The translations under genes were made by a program, and so were the position numbers. From IMG/VR virus record IMGVR_UViG_3300037420_001181, positions 1-34,069 of that record: a stretch of 34,069 nt of DNA. The stretch is one strand, 5' to 3'. Shown one piece after another: positions 16,825 to 26,117 of this stretch (positions are counted from its first letter, which is position 1; the number at the start of each line of letters is the position of its first letter). This DNA comes from a virus (lineage: Duplodnaviria > Caudoviricetes). Below the pieces are notes generated by a model. It was given only the letters and a program-made list of their open reading frames with translations, was not told the DNA's origin and made no database searches.

Positions 16825-17877
16825 ATGGGCCTCGACACGGTTATTGGCGGCATCACTGGGGGCCTTGGGGGTCTGTTTGGTGGAGCTGGCTCTGACGCCA
16901 CCAAAAAGGCAGCAAACAAGGCCAACGACGCCCAGCAGGCAGCGACACAGGCGCAGCTTCAGCTTGGCCGTGAATCTCTTGCGCTCAACAAAGACATCTA
17001 CAACTCGAATTACGGCATCCTCAGCCCGTTCGTTTCGCGGGGGAATGTCGCAGGGGATTCGATCAACGCCCTCCTAGGCCTTCCCTCAGCTCCTGCGATG
17101 ACCTCACCACTGGCAACCAGCGGAACGGGCGGAACAAATGGCTCGTCATCAGGCGGTTACACCGGTCCCAATCTCTCGCAGATCGTGGCGATGAAAGGCG
17201 ATCATACCAAGGGGAACATGACTTCTGCGGTCAACCAGTTCCTCTCCTACTATCAGGCGCACCCCAACGAAGATCCGGGGATTACCCCCGCTCTCATCGC
17301 CGGACTGAAGGGCGATCATATCCCCGGCGACCAGGAGGCGATACAGGGACTCTACAATACGTGGCAGTCACATCCGGCGCAGACGACGAACCAGGGCAGC
17401 GCCCCCGGCCCTGCGCCGGTTGGCGGCTCGACGACCCCAGCGACAACGCCGATCACCGCACAGAACGCATTCAACAACTTCGCCAATTCGGCGGGGATGC
17501 AGTTCCAGCTTCAACAGGGCGAGAACGCGATCAACAATGGCTATGCGGCCAGGGGCCAGCTTCAGTCCGGCGCCGCGCTGAAGGGCCTTCAGGATTACGG
17601 CCAGAAAACCGCTCTGAACAACTACTTCCTGCCCTATTTGGGGCTTCTCGGAGGTCAGCAGGCGACGGGCGTTGGAGCGGCTTCGTCGATCGCCGGAGTG
17701 GGAGCGAATTTCGGCAATACGGCAGCGAACATCAATGCCGGGATGGGACAGAACATTCAATCTGGCGCGAACGCTGCTTCGAATGCTGCGCTCCTAAAGG
17801 GTCAGGCCAACGCCAACATGTGGTCCGGAATAGCCTCCGGCATCGGCAATTTCGCCTCAAGCTTTGGAGGCTTCTAG
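16825..17877 (+). CDS. DNA ejection/internal virion protein (gp7-like)
   Basis: G/A/N/Q-rich; QFQLQQGENAINNGYAARGQLQSGAALKGLQDYGQ motif. Confidence 0.8.
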   Translation: MGLDTVIGGITGGLGGLFGGAGSDATKKAANKANDAQQAATQAQLQLGRESLALNKDIYNSNYGILSPFVSRGNVAGDSINALLGLPSAPAMTSPLATSGTGGTNGSSSGGYTGPNLSQIVAMKGDHTKGNMTSAVNQFLSYYQAHPNEDPGITPALIAGLKGDHIPGDQEAIQGLYNTWQSHPAQTTNQGSAPGPAPVGGSTTPATTPITAQNAFNNFANSAGMQFQLQQGENAINNGYAARGQLQSGAALKGLQDYGQKTALNNYFLPYLGLLGGQQATGVGAASSIAGVGANFGNTAANINAGMGQNIQSGANAASNAALLKGQANANMWSGIASGIGNFASSFGGF

Positions 17878-18567
17878 ATGACCGATTCGAGTGGCGTCAA
17901 TTGGGGTCTCGGTGTCCCCCAACAGAACCCGGCCAATGCCTTCATGCAGGCATATCAGCAAGGCACCCAGCAGCGCCGCCAGAACCAGTCGCGGCAGGCA
18001 ATGGCGGCGCTGGTCCAGAATCCCAACGATCCGAAGGCCCTTGCTGCACTAGCCCAAGCTGATCCGCAGGCGGCGATGCAATTCCGCCAGCAGCAATTGG
18101 AACAGACCAAAGCTCAGCTCGCTCAGCATCAGGAATCGATCCTGAAGGGCGCGGAGATCGTGCGTCAGCTCAATCCCAAGGACCAGCGGGGCTGGGATCA
18201 GGCACGAGCTCTGGCCGCTCAAGCGGGCATCGATATTTCCCAGGTGCCGCCAGACTTCAACCCGCAATATGTGCAGGGGCTTACGGCTCTCGCCGATGCG
18301 TTCAAGCCGCAGGCGTCGGACAACACGCATTTCATCACTCCGCAGCCCGGTGGCGGCGCTTATGCCTACGATCCCCGCACTGGCGGCGTCACGACAATCA
18401 TTCAGCCGAACTATGGTCAGTCTGTTCCTCAGGGCGGCCTACCCCACGTCTCCGATCAGGCCAGCTACGACGCCGTTCCTCCCGGAAGCCAGTACATGGC
18501 GCCTGACGGGCATGTCCGCATCAAGCAGGGAGGGCAGGCGGCAACCCCGCCTGCCACGTTTCCCTGA
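17878..18567 (+). CDS. DNA ejection/internal virion protein (second)
   Basis: Q/A-rich 229 aa; [15 protein letters not shown] motif; ends TTT CCC TGA. Confidence 0.8.
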   Translation: MTDSSGVNWGLGVPQQNPANAFMQAYQQGTQQRRQNQSRQAMAALVQNPNDPKALAALAQADPQAAMQFRQQQLEQTKAQLAQHQESILKGAEIVRQLNPKDQRGWDQARALAAQAGIDISQVPPDFNPQYVQGLTALADAFKPQASDNTHFITPQPGGGAYAYDPRTGGVTTIIQPNYGQSVPQGGLPHVSDQASYDAVPPGSQYMAPDGHVRIKQGGQAATPPATFP

Positions 18568-18571
18568 TCCG

Positions 18572-18823
18572 ATGAAGGCACCGGGACGCATGACATCCGG
18601 ACGCCGAACGGTCGAAGGAAACCGCTTGGTCGGCGGGGTTCAGAATAGCCATCATCTGAGCGGAGATGCCGCTGACTATGTCGGCACGAGCATGAACGCG
18701 CTGATGCAGTATTTTGGGCCGAACGCGCGCTATCTCAACGAGGGCGATCACATCCACGTGACGCTCCCTGGGTATGGGCACATGCCTTTCTTTGGCCGTC
18801 GCGGAACGATTGGAGCGCATTAG
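18572..18823 (+). CDS. Peptidase M15-type (Zn D-Ala-D-Ala/LAS) domain, probably expressed as a +1 frameshift extension of the upstream gene
   Basis: [28 protein letters not shown]...DHIHV gives the SxH, AxD and HxH Zn ligands; no SD before ATG 18572. Confidence 0.8.
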   Translation: MKAPGRMTSGRRTVEGNRLVGGVQNSHHLSGDAADYVGTSMNALMQYFGPNARYLNEGDHIHVTLPGYGHMPFFGRRGTIGAH

Positions 18824-21708
18824 TGGCGAATCCCTGGGACAATGATCCGGTCGTGCAGCAGGGACCGGTCCTCGGGCCTCCGCGTCTGCCGTCGCCGCAA
18901 ACGCAAGCTCAGGCCACGCAGGATCAGCTTCAGGTCCAGCACCTTCAGCAGCAGATTGGTAGCCAGCCGCTCCAGAACGAGAATACGGCTGTAAATATCA
19001 AGCAGGGCCAAGCAAGCATCCAGAACCAGCAGTTCAATCAGAACCAGGGATTGCGGCAGGAGTTCAACAATCTCCCCGAGGTCAAGAACTACAGCGCCGC
19101 GATCCAGTCGCTCGGAACTGCCCTGAAGGCTCCAGATACGCCGCAGGGCGACCTTGCGGTGATCTATGCCTACGCCAAGGCCGCGGACCCCGGATCCGTC
19201 GTCCGCGAAGGTGAGATGGACATGGCAACGGCCACCGCCTCCATTCCAGAGAAATACCGGGCCGAAGTCGGAAAGCTGACCGAAGGCAAGCGTCTTCCCC
19301 CTGAGGTTCGCACCGGCCTTATCGAGACCATGCGCCAATCCGTGGGAGGAATGCGGCAGGTCTATGACCAGCAGCGCGAGCGTTATTCGGCTCTCGCCCA
19401 GCAGAATGGCTTCGATCCCCAGCAGATCGTCGGCGAGCCTCTTTACCACGCCTATGAGCCTTCCGAAGAACAATATATCCGCGCTCATGGCGGGACGCCG
19501 CGGATCAACGGTGTGCCGATTGACCAACCAGCTCCAGTAGGCCCGCAAACGAACGCCCCGACGCAATCCGTGGGCCAGTTCGGCGACGCTCCGGGCGAAG
19601 CACCACTTCCGCCTCATGCGGAGGATTTCCGCAACGGCCTCTATTCGGCCATGCGTAACAGGCAGATCAACTCACCCGCCGACATGAAGGCATGGGTCCA
19701 GCAGTTCAACCAGCAGAACGGGACACAATATCAGCCCCAGCTCACCGCCAAGGACACGCTGAGAGCCATTAACGCGGCGAGGAAGGGGCAAGCGTTCAAT
19801 GTCGAGCTGCCCAAGTACACGCCGGAGATTTCCGACATGCGTGGCGGCGGCGGTTTTGGCGAAAAGGCGGATGCGGTCATTCGCGGCGCCGCCGATACGG
19901 CTTCCTTAGGGCTTGCCGATAAAGTCGCTGCTCTTGGCGATACCGTAACGCGCGGCGGAACGTTCGATGAGAATCTGGCCCGTCAATTCGCCATTTCCGA
20001 TTACGACACGCAAAACCATTTTCCGTCTCGTTTGGGTGGGCAGATTGCTGGTGGCTTCGCCGTTCCGGTCGGGGAGATGGTGTCTATCCCGCAGGCGGTG
20101 GGCAAGAGTGCGGCAGTCGGCGCCGCCTATGGGGCAGGTTCGTCTCGTTCGCTTGCCGATGTCCCCAGGAACGCATTTCTGGGAGGAGTTGCGGGCGGTG
20201 CGGTCGGGGGAGTGATTGGGGGCGTTCCGCGCGCCGTGGGAGCATTGCGCCGGTCACCTGGGGAAGTTCCCCCGCTGGTCGATCCGCAGACTGGCCAGCT
20301 CAATCAACCTCTGGAAGCGATGACCCCCGGCCAACGGGTGGTCAAAGCCGAGGAATATGGCGTCAACCTTCCCGCCGACGCCGCAGGGGGTCGAACCGCT
20401 GCTGTCATCGGCAAGGGGCTCGATATCATGCCCGGATCGGCCGGCGTGATGGAGGACGCGCGTAGGGCTACCGAAAGCCAAGTTGCCGCTGCCTCAGATG
20501 TCGTCGCTTCGCGGTTCGGCAATGCCCGCACGATGAACGAGGCCGGCGCAGAGCTTCAGAGAGGAGCAAATGAGCGGATCGAACGGGGAAAGACGGTTAT
20601 TGGCAAAGCGTATGACGCAATTCCGATTGCCGATCAGGCGCCTGCATCCACGAGCAACAGCGTTTCCACGCTTCAAAACCTGACGAGCCGGTTTCAGTCG
20701 AATCCGGATCTCGCCGCGACGCTGAAAGATCCCAAGCTGTCCGGCTATCTCGATGCTCTGCAAAAAGGCGGCCTCAGCTGGAAAGACCTCAAGGACTTTC
20801 GTTCGATCATCGGCGAAAAGATCGGCGAGATGCGGTTCGGTGAAAGCTCGAGCACATCGGATCTTCGGGCACTGTATGCGGGTCTCTCGGAGGACATGCA
20901 GACGACCGCCGCGCAGATGGGACCGCGCGCGTCCGCAGCGTTCAACCGCGCCAACAATATCAATCGCGAAAATGAGCAACTAATCCAAGGCGCTTTGACC
21001 CGCATCCTCGGCAAAGATGGACAGATGAGCCCGGAGAAAGCCGCTGCCGCAGTCCAGGCGATGACCAAGGGCGGCAAATCGACCGGCGACCTCAAGACTC
21101 TAGCGCAAATTCGCTCGGCGACGACGAAAAGTGGCGCGTGGAACGAGATTGCTGCAACCATGATTAGGCTTGGCGGTCAGCCGGTCAATTCGGCAGGCAG
21201 GGATTTCAACCCGCAAACCTTCGTCAATTGGTACGCCGATATGTCCGAACCGGCCCGCAGAATGCTGTTCGGCAAATCCGAGCTCAGAGAGGCGCTGGAC
21301 GGCTTTGTCGCTGTCAACCAGCGGCTTCAAAAGGTCAACGCGCTCCGGAATACGTCGAACACCGCTGGCAACCTTACCGCAGCAGGAACAGTCGGAACAA
21401 TGGCCGCATCTCTCGGCAGTCCGTTGCTGGGCGCTAAATTGCTTGGCGTTATGGCCGGGAACTACGGCATGGCGAAAGCCTGGACCAACCCTGCCTTCGT
21501 CCGGTTGATGACCGGCTACTCAAAAGCCGTCGCATCGGGCAACCAGAATGCGGTTCGCTCGCAGATCGGCCGCATCGGCAAACTCGCCGCGACCAATCCG
21601 GATCTTCGAGAGCCTTTGGAAGCACTTCTGAAGCGTGTCGCCAATGACAATGCGGTTCCGCAGGTCGCGGCGTCATCCAATCCCGATACCGGCAACCAGA
21701 ACCAGTAG
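18823..21708 (+). CDS. Large DNA ejection protein (gp16-like)
   Basis: 961 aa, helical A/G/Q-rich; MANPWDNDPVV start; DPGSVVREGE motif. Confidence 0.82.
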   Translation: MANPWDNDPVVQQGPVLGPPRLPSPQTQAQATQDQLQVQHLQQQIGSQPLQNENTAVNIKQGQASIQNQQFNQNQGLRQEFNNLPEVKNYSAAIQSLGTALKAPDTPQGDLAVIYAYAKAADPGSVVREGEMDMATATASIPEKYRAEVGKLTEGKRLPPEVRTGLIETMRQSVGGMRQVYDQQRERYSALAQQNGFDPQQIVGEPLYHAYEPSEEQYIRAHGGTPRINGVPIDQPAPVGPQTNAPTQSVGQFGDAPGEAPLPPHAEDFRNGLYSAMRNRQINSPADMKAWVQQFNQQNGTQYQPQLTAKDTLRAINAARKGQAFNVELPKYTPEISDMRGGGGFGEKADAVIRGAADTASLGLADKVAALGDTVTRGGTFDENLARQFAISDYDTQNHFPSRLGGQIAGGFAVPVGEMVSIPQAVGKSAAVGAAYGAGSSRSLADVPRNAFLGGVAGGAVGGVIGGVPRAVGALRRSPGEVPPLVDPQTGQLNQPLEAMTPGQRVVKAEEYGVNLPADAAGGRTAAVIGKGLDIMPGSAGVMEDARRATESQVAAASDVVASRFGNARTMNEAGAELQRGANERIERGKTVIGKAYDAIPIADQAPASTSNSVSTLQNLTSRFQSNPDLAATLKDPKLSGYLDALQKGGLSWKDLKDFRSIIGEKIGEMRFGESSSTSDLRALYAGLSEDMQTTAAQMGPRASAAFNRANNINRENEQLIQGALTRILGKDGQMSPEKAAAAVQAMTKGGKSTGDLKTLAQIRSATTKSGAWNEIAATMIRLGGQPVNSAGRDFNPQTFVNWYADMSEPARRMLFGKSELREALDGFVAVNQRLQKVNALRNTSNTAGNLTAAGTVGTMAASLGSPLLGAKLLGVMAGNYGMAKAWTNPAFVRLMTGYSKAVASGNQNAVRSQIGRIGKLAATNPDLREPLEALLKRVANDNAVPQVAASSNPDTGNQNQ

Positions 21709-21792
21709 AGCCGACACCGAATAGACGCGCCAGCGGCGCGGCGTAACCCAACCTGCCGCGATCAACAGAACTGCCACCTGCCAGACCTTCAC
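21673..21792 (-). CDS. Antisense 39-aa membrane peptide, candidate leaderless moron
   Basis: VKVWQVAVLLIAAGWVTPRRWRVYSVSALLVLVAGIGIG has two hydrophobic segments; TGcTATTCC-6nt-GTG. Confidence 0.5.
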   Translation of the reverse strand: MKVWQVAVLLIAAGWVTPRRWRVYSVSALLVLVAGIGIG

Positions 21793-21815
21793 CGGTCGGG
21801 AATAGCACAGCCACG

Positions 21816-21838
21816 GGCCGCCGCGAGCGGCCTTTTTC
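21816..21838 (+). terminator. Intrinsic terminator
   Basis: GGCCGC-CGCGA-GCGGCC-TTTTT. Confidence 0.75.
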
Positions 21839-21855
21839 ATGTCCGGAGCAAATGA

Positions 21856-24075
21856 ATGTCCGCAGCCCAGCTTTATCTTCCAGCCAACCGGGCATTCAAC
21901 TCGAACGGGCTGCCCGTGCCCGGAGCCGTGATGAAGCTCTATACGACGGGCACTAACACTCGCCAATCATTCTACCTGGATGCGGCGCTTACCCAACCTG
22001 TGGCGGAAATCGTCGCCAATGCCGCCGGCCGGTTCGATCCTCCGTACCAGAACAATGCAACGCCGTTCAGGCTGAGGATCGAGGATTCGCTGGGTGCTGA
22101 GCTCGACGATATCGATCCTTATTATTTCGGCACTATCGCTGGAGCGGTCCTCGGCACCGAGGGTGCCGTCGCTCCAACGCGCACCGATATCGCTGGCCTC
22201 AGCGGCGTTGCCGGCGCTTCGGCCATTCTCACGGAATCTGGCCGCGAGGGCAATTTCGTCTGGTCCTCTGCCAATCTCTCCACTTTCGTTTCCGCCGATC
22301 CCCTGCAGGGCATCTACGTCGCTCCAGCATCGGACACGACGGGAGCATCTGGTGCATGGGTCAGGAAGTTTTCCGGGCCGGTCGATCCGACATGGTTTGG
22401 GGTACTTCCGGCCAACAGCGGAGCGTCGAACGATACCGCCATTCTGGCGATGTTCGCGACCCTTCGGCTTCGCGCCGCGAATACCGGGACCTATGCTCTT
22501 GGCGTTGAGCCGATCCGGTGGCCTGCGGGAACCTATAGCTTCTCCTCAACCATCGACCTGACTGACGGCAATTGGATCATCGAAGGCGCAGGACGCTCGA
22601 CCGACAACACGACTGGAACGGTCTTTGTCTTCCCGACTGGTGTCACCGGCATCCGCGTGCAGCGCTACAATACCACTGGAGCGACCTCAACCCGCACCGC
22701 CGCCAAAGGCGCGGATTATTCGATCATCCGCAATCTTGCCCTCAAGGGCGCCTATGCGGGAACTGAAGCGGAAGTTTATGGCATTCAGCTAAGAGCCCGC
22801 GCGATCATCGAGAACAATGTGATCGGTGACTTCCAAGGCGACGGGATCTACATCGCGGCCACTGCCGGAGGAACGCCGGAAGGCAACGCCAATTGCTTCA
22901 TCCTCAGAAGCAACAGCGTCCTCCGCTGCCGCGATGGCATCAATATCGGCGACAATTCTGCCACTTCCGATGTCAACGCCGGTCTTACGGAAAACAACGA
23001 TCTGTCCGCCAACCGCCGCTGGGGTATCGCCGACCGCAGCTTCCTCGGCAACACCCATGTCGGCAATCATACCTCGACCAATGGTCTTTCGACCTCGGGA
23101 AGCCCTTCGGCCTGCGTCAGCTATTCGGGCAACCGCTATGGCGTAATTTCCGGACAGGAAGTGGGAGCTTCGACCAACGCGCCTTCAGGAACGACCGCCG
23201 ACAATACCTGGTGGTACTACATCAGCGCGGGCGGAGTTCATGCCGTTTTCCCGGCGTGGGTCAGCGGGACGACCTATCGTGCTGGCGGTTCCTATTTCAC
23301 CAACAACAGCAATGCCCGCAATCTATTCAGCGGCTGCTATGCGGAGAGCGATCAAGGATTCCCGCAACTCGCATCGCCAACCCTTGCAATAGGTGGAGCG
23401 CTCAGCAAGGTCGTCGGTACGGGTGGATGGCTGTCGCCAATTGCTTCCCCGAGCGGAGCGCTGGTCGGCAATCGCGGCATAGGCGTCCAGACGGTCGCGG
23501 GCTCCAACACCACAACCGTTCTTGTCGGCGAGGCCGGGGTTCCCACCACCATCTTGCAGGTCACGGACACGACGGAGGCTGCGGCAACTTGGAGACTCAA
23601 GCTCTCCGGTCACAACCTGATCCTCGATTACGCCAACGGTGGATCTGCGCGACCGTTCAACATCACAGGACCGATTAGCACCGACCAATTCGGCACCGGA
23701 GCCGCAGTTCCTTATGCGTTCCATCCTATCAATCTCATGGTCGGGGATTACGCGGGGACGATTGCCAACGCGCGGCGGATCGGGATGGAGGCCTCGGTGC
23801 CTGCCGCCAACGCTCATGCGCAAGGCGAGATCGTCTTCAACCGTACCCCAGCGCAGAGTGGAGCGTCATCCAATGCGGGCTGGAAATGCCGCACCGCTGG
23901 CACGCCGGGCACATGGGACAAGTTCGGTGGTTGCGCTGCCGCTCCGACGGCGACCTACGCGGCGCCGAGTGGCGGAACGACGGTCGATACCGAAGGGCGC
24001 GCATCGCTGGCCCAGCTCGCCGCCGACCTCGCCGACCTGAAAACCAAGCTTCAAACAGCAGGGCTGACCCTATGA
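21856..24075 (+). CDS. Tailspike (right-handed beta-helix, putative depolymerase)
   Basis: N-terminal head-binding-like NGLPVPGAVMKLYTTGT; WPAGTY and N/G-rich beta-helix rungs (IIENNVIGDFQGDGIYI); C-terminal PSGGTTVDTEGR helical cap. Confidence 0.88.
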   Translation: MSAAQLYLPANRAFNSNGLPVPGAVMKLYTTGTNTRQSFYLDAALTQPVAEIVANAAGRFDPPYQNNATPFRLRIEDSLGAELDDIDPYYFGTIAGAVLGTEGAVAPTRTDIAGLSGVAGASAILTESGREGNFVWSSANLSTFVSADPLQGIYVAPASDTTGASGAWVRKFSGPVDPTWFGVLPANSGASNDTAILAMFATLRLRAANTGTYALGVEPIRWPAGTYSFSSTIDLTDGNWIIEGAGRSTDNTTGTVFVFPTGVTGIRVQRYNTTGATSTRTAAKGADYSIIRNLALKGAYAGTEAEVYGIQLRARAIIENNVIGDFQGDGIYIAATAGGTPEGNANCFILRSNSVLRCRDGINIGDNSATSDVNAGLTENNDLSANRRWGIADRSFLGNTHVGNHTSTNGLSTSGSPSACVSYSGNRYGVISGQEVGASTNAPSGTTADNTWWYYISAGGVHAVFPAWVSGTTYRAGGSYFTNNSNARNLFSGCYAESDQGFPQLASPTLAIGGALSKVVGTGGWLSPIASPSGALVGNRGIGVQTVAGSNTTTVLVGEAGVPTTILQVTDTTEAAATWRLKLSGHNLILDYANGGSARPFNITGPISTDQFGTGAAVPYAFHPINLMVGDYAGTIANARRIGMEASVPAANAHAQGEIVFNRTPAQSGASSNAGWKCRTAGTPGTWDKFGGCAAAPTATYAAPSGGTTVDTEGRASLAQLAADLADLKTKLQTAGLTL

Positions 24076-24752
24076 CCGACGTAGGCCAGATGCGGCAATT
24101 TCCGCCCGCCGTATCGCAGCCGGTCGAGGACGGCCTTCATACCTCGATACCGGCTGAACAGGGTCGGTTCGCAAACGGCGGTCTCAAACCCAAAGCGCTC
24201 GATATATGGAGCAAGGGTTGCGGCCGTCCACGAGCGGACATGCTGCATCTGGTGGAACACGCAGCCGCAATCCGGGCAGATGCGCTTGTGGGCGTCGAGG
24301 TTCTCATCGTTGGGCGTTGTGACGACCAGATGACCGCCTGGCTTCAACAGCCGCCTAGCCTCGCTCAGCGTTTCGGCGAGTTTCTCGTCATCCAGATGCT
24401 CGACGACTTCGACGATGAACACCGTATCGAAGGCGGCGTCCGGGAAAGACGCTGCGCCGACTTTCGCCCAAAGGAAGTGCGGATCGTTCGCAAAGCGTTT
24501 GACCACGATGTCAACGCTCCCGCTCGACTGATCCGCGCCGGCGACCTGGTGCTTGGCAATCAAGTGACCGATCAGGTCTCCATGCCCGCATCCCAGATCA
24601 AGGACGCGACCAAGGCGGATGCGGCGCTCCGCGAACCGCACGATGCTGTGACCGACCAGCTTAGTGAAGTAGGTATCGTCGAGCGCCCTATTGGAACTGT
24701 AATAGTTCCAGAAGCGGGCAATCTTTTCCGGTGTCCATTCGACCTGATGCAT
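24051..24752 (-). CDS. Class I SAM-dependent methyltransferase (moron)
   Basis: VLDLGCGHG, FDTVFIVEVVEHL, RLLKPGGHLVVTTPN, plus a CPDC...H motif. Confidence 0.9.
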   Translation of the reverse strand: MHQVEWTPEKIARFWNYYSSNRALDDTYFTKLVGHSIVRFAERRIRLGRVLDLGCGHGDLIGHLIAKHQVAGADQSSGSVDIVVKRFANDPHFLWAKVGAASFPDAAFDTVFIVEVVEHLDDEKLAETLSEARRLLKPGGHLVVTTPNDENLDAHKRICPDCGCVFHQMQHVRSWTAATLAPYIERFGFETAVCEPTLFSRYRGMKAVLDRLRYGGRKLPHLAYVGHRVSPAV

Positions 24753-24755
24753 CGG

Positions 24756-24977
24756 CTAGCGGTGGGTCTCGGCTATAGCTCCATAGATCGACTTCGGCTC
24801 GTCGAACATAGTGGTTCTTCCGTCAATCGTGATCGATCGGACATTCCGGATGTGCTGGTTCGGCCAACTCCGCTCGCGCCAGCTCATGAAAAGCCAAATG
24901 GCTCCGAACGCCGCCATTGGCAGAGCAAGCAAAATACCAAGCAGGGCCAGCGTCGTCATCAGCGCGTGAAGCTGCAT
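24756..24977 (-). CDS. Small single-pass membrane protein co-transcribed with the methyltransferase
   Basis: Hydrophobic LMTTLALLGILLALPMAAFGAIWLF; 3 nt upstream of the MTase start; TGgTAGAAG-6nt-ATG. Confidence 0.7.
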   Translation of the reverse strand: MQLHALMTTLALLGILLALPMAAFGAIWLFMSWRERSWPNQHIRNVRSITIDGRTTMFDEPKSIYGAIAETHR

Positions 24978-25039
24978 CCCCGCCTTCTACCAAATCACGA
25001 AAGCAAATCCACCCGCCCTTTTGCCGGGAGTACCGCGTA

Positions 25040-25393
25040 ATGCCGCCACGAACGGGTCAGCTCGACGAGATTAGCGAAGCCATTGGACGGCTGAGCGGAC
25101 AAGTCGAGAGCCTAGACCGCTATACCCACGAGCGCGAACACGGAATCAACAACCTCTCGCAAAAGGTAGAGGGGCTGGGCGTCCGGATCACTCGCGACAT
25201 CGCTTCACTGGAGGGCCGGATCGAAGGCCGGATCAAGACGATGGACGACCGTCTTATAGCATTGGAAGCCGCCAACCAACGTCAGGCTGGAGCAAAGAGC
25301 CTCGGCGCTTTCGTCCTGCAAAGCCCGCTCATCGGCTGGTTGGCTGCTGTCGCCCTGTTCGTCGCCGCGTGGTGGAAAGGGCAGATCAAATGA
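25040..25393 (+). CDS. Coiled-coil protein with C-terminal TM helix (holin/antiholin-like)
   Basis: AIGRLSGQVESL coiled coil and IGWLAAVALFVAAWW TM; ATGA-coupled to the endolysin. Confidence 0.7.
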   Translation: MPPRTGQLDEISEAIGRLSGQVESLDRYTHEREHGINNLSQKVEGLGVRITRDIASLEGRIEGRIKTMDDRLIALEAANQRQAGAKSLGAFVLQSPLIGWLAAVALFVAAWWKGQIK

Positions 25394-25857
25394 CACCCTC
25401 TCCTGCCTGCTATGCGCTCATCAAGCGCTTCGAGGGGTATGCCAAGCTTCTCCCCGATGGCCGCTGCGAAGCCTATCCCGATCCCGCTACGGGGGGTGCC
25501 CCGTGGACCATCGGTTACGGCTCAACCGGCCCCGATATCCACGAAGGCACGATCTGGACCCGAGCAGAGGCCGAGGAGCGCCTTGAGCGCGATGTAAACA
25601 AGTTCGCGGCCAGCATCAATGCTCTGATCGGCAATGACCCCACGACGCAGAACGAGTTCGATGCGTTAGTCTGCTTCTCTTACAACGTCGGCTTCTCCGC
25701 GCTCGCCAAGTCCACTCTGCTGAGCCTGCACATGAAGGGCGACAAGGCTGGGGCTGCGGAACAGTTCAAGCGCTGGAATCGGGCTGGCGGCAAGGAGATG
25801 CCGGGCCTGCTGCGCCGCCGTCTAGCCGAAGCCGATCTGTACCGGGGTGCGGCGTGA
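25390..25857 (+). CDS. Endolysin, GH24 lysozyme
   Basis: IKRFEG, AYPDP, WTIGYG, QNEFDALVCFSYNVG, GLLRRRLAE. Confidence 0.95.
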   Translation: MTPSPACYALIKRFEGYAKLLPDGRCEAYPDPATGGAPWTIGYGSTGPDIHEGTIWTRAEAEERLERDVNKFAASINALIGNDPTTQNEFDALVCFSYNVGFSALAKSTLLSLHMKGDKAGAAEQFKRWNRAGGKEMPGLLRRRLAEADLYRGAA

Positions 25858-26117
25858 GGGGTTTCCTATCGAACGTGTTTCGCGGTCCTAACGGGCTGTG
25901 GGATTTCGGCCGCCTCGCCGCTTTCCACGTCATCACAGCCTACACGTTCGCCTTTCTCTACGCGCTCGTATGGCTGCAGAAGGTTCCAGACTGGTCGAAC
26001 CTTGGGATCGGTTACGCAGCAGTCCTCGCGGGCGCTGTCGGCCTGATCGCGGGCAAGGATATCGCCGTCGCCAAGGCCAACGCGACCACCGCTCAATCGA
26101 CAGGAGGAACACCATGA
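25854..26117 (+). CDS. Holin candidate (2 TM)
   Basis: Two hydrophobic helices; GTGA-coupled to the endolysin. Confidence 0.7.
   Translation: MRGFLSNVFRGPNGLWDFGRLAAFHVITAYTFAFLYALVWLQKVPDWSNLGIGYAAVLAGAVGLIAGKDIAVAKANATTAQSTGGTP

Noticed and set aside
18533-18561. Hairpin as a simple intrinsic terminator
   Set aside because: Followed by ACGTTT rather than a U-tract and lies within a coding region mid-operon; a recoding role is preferred, though pausing is possible.
18269-18565. N-terminal 100 aa of ORF 18269..18823
   Set aside because: R/P/S-rich off-frame reading of the ejection gene; only the part after 18566 is protein-like.
23886-25040. 384-aa plus-strand ORF
   Set aside because: Antisense shadow of the clearly motif-bearing methyltransferase moron.
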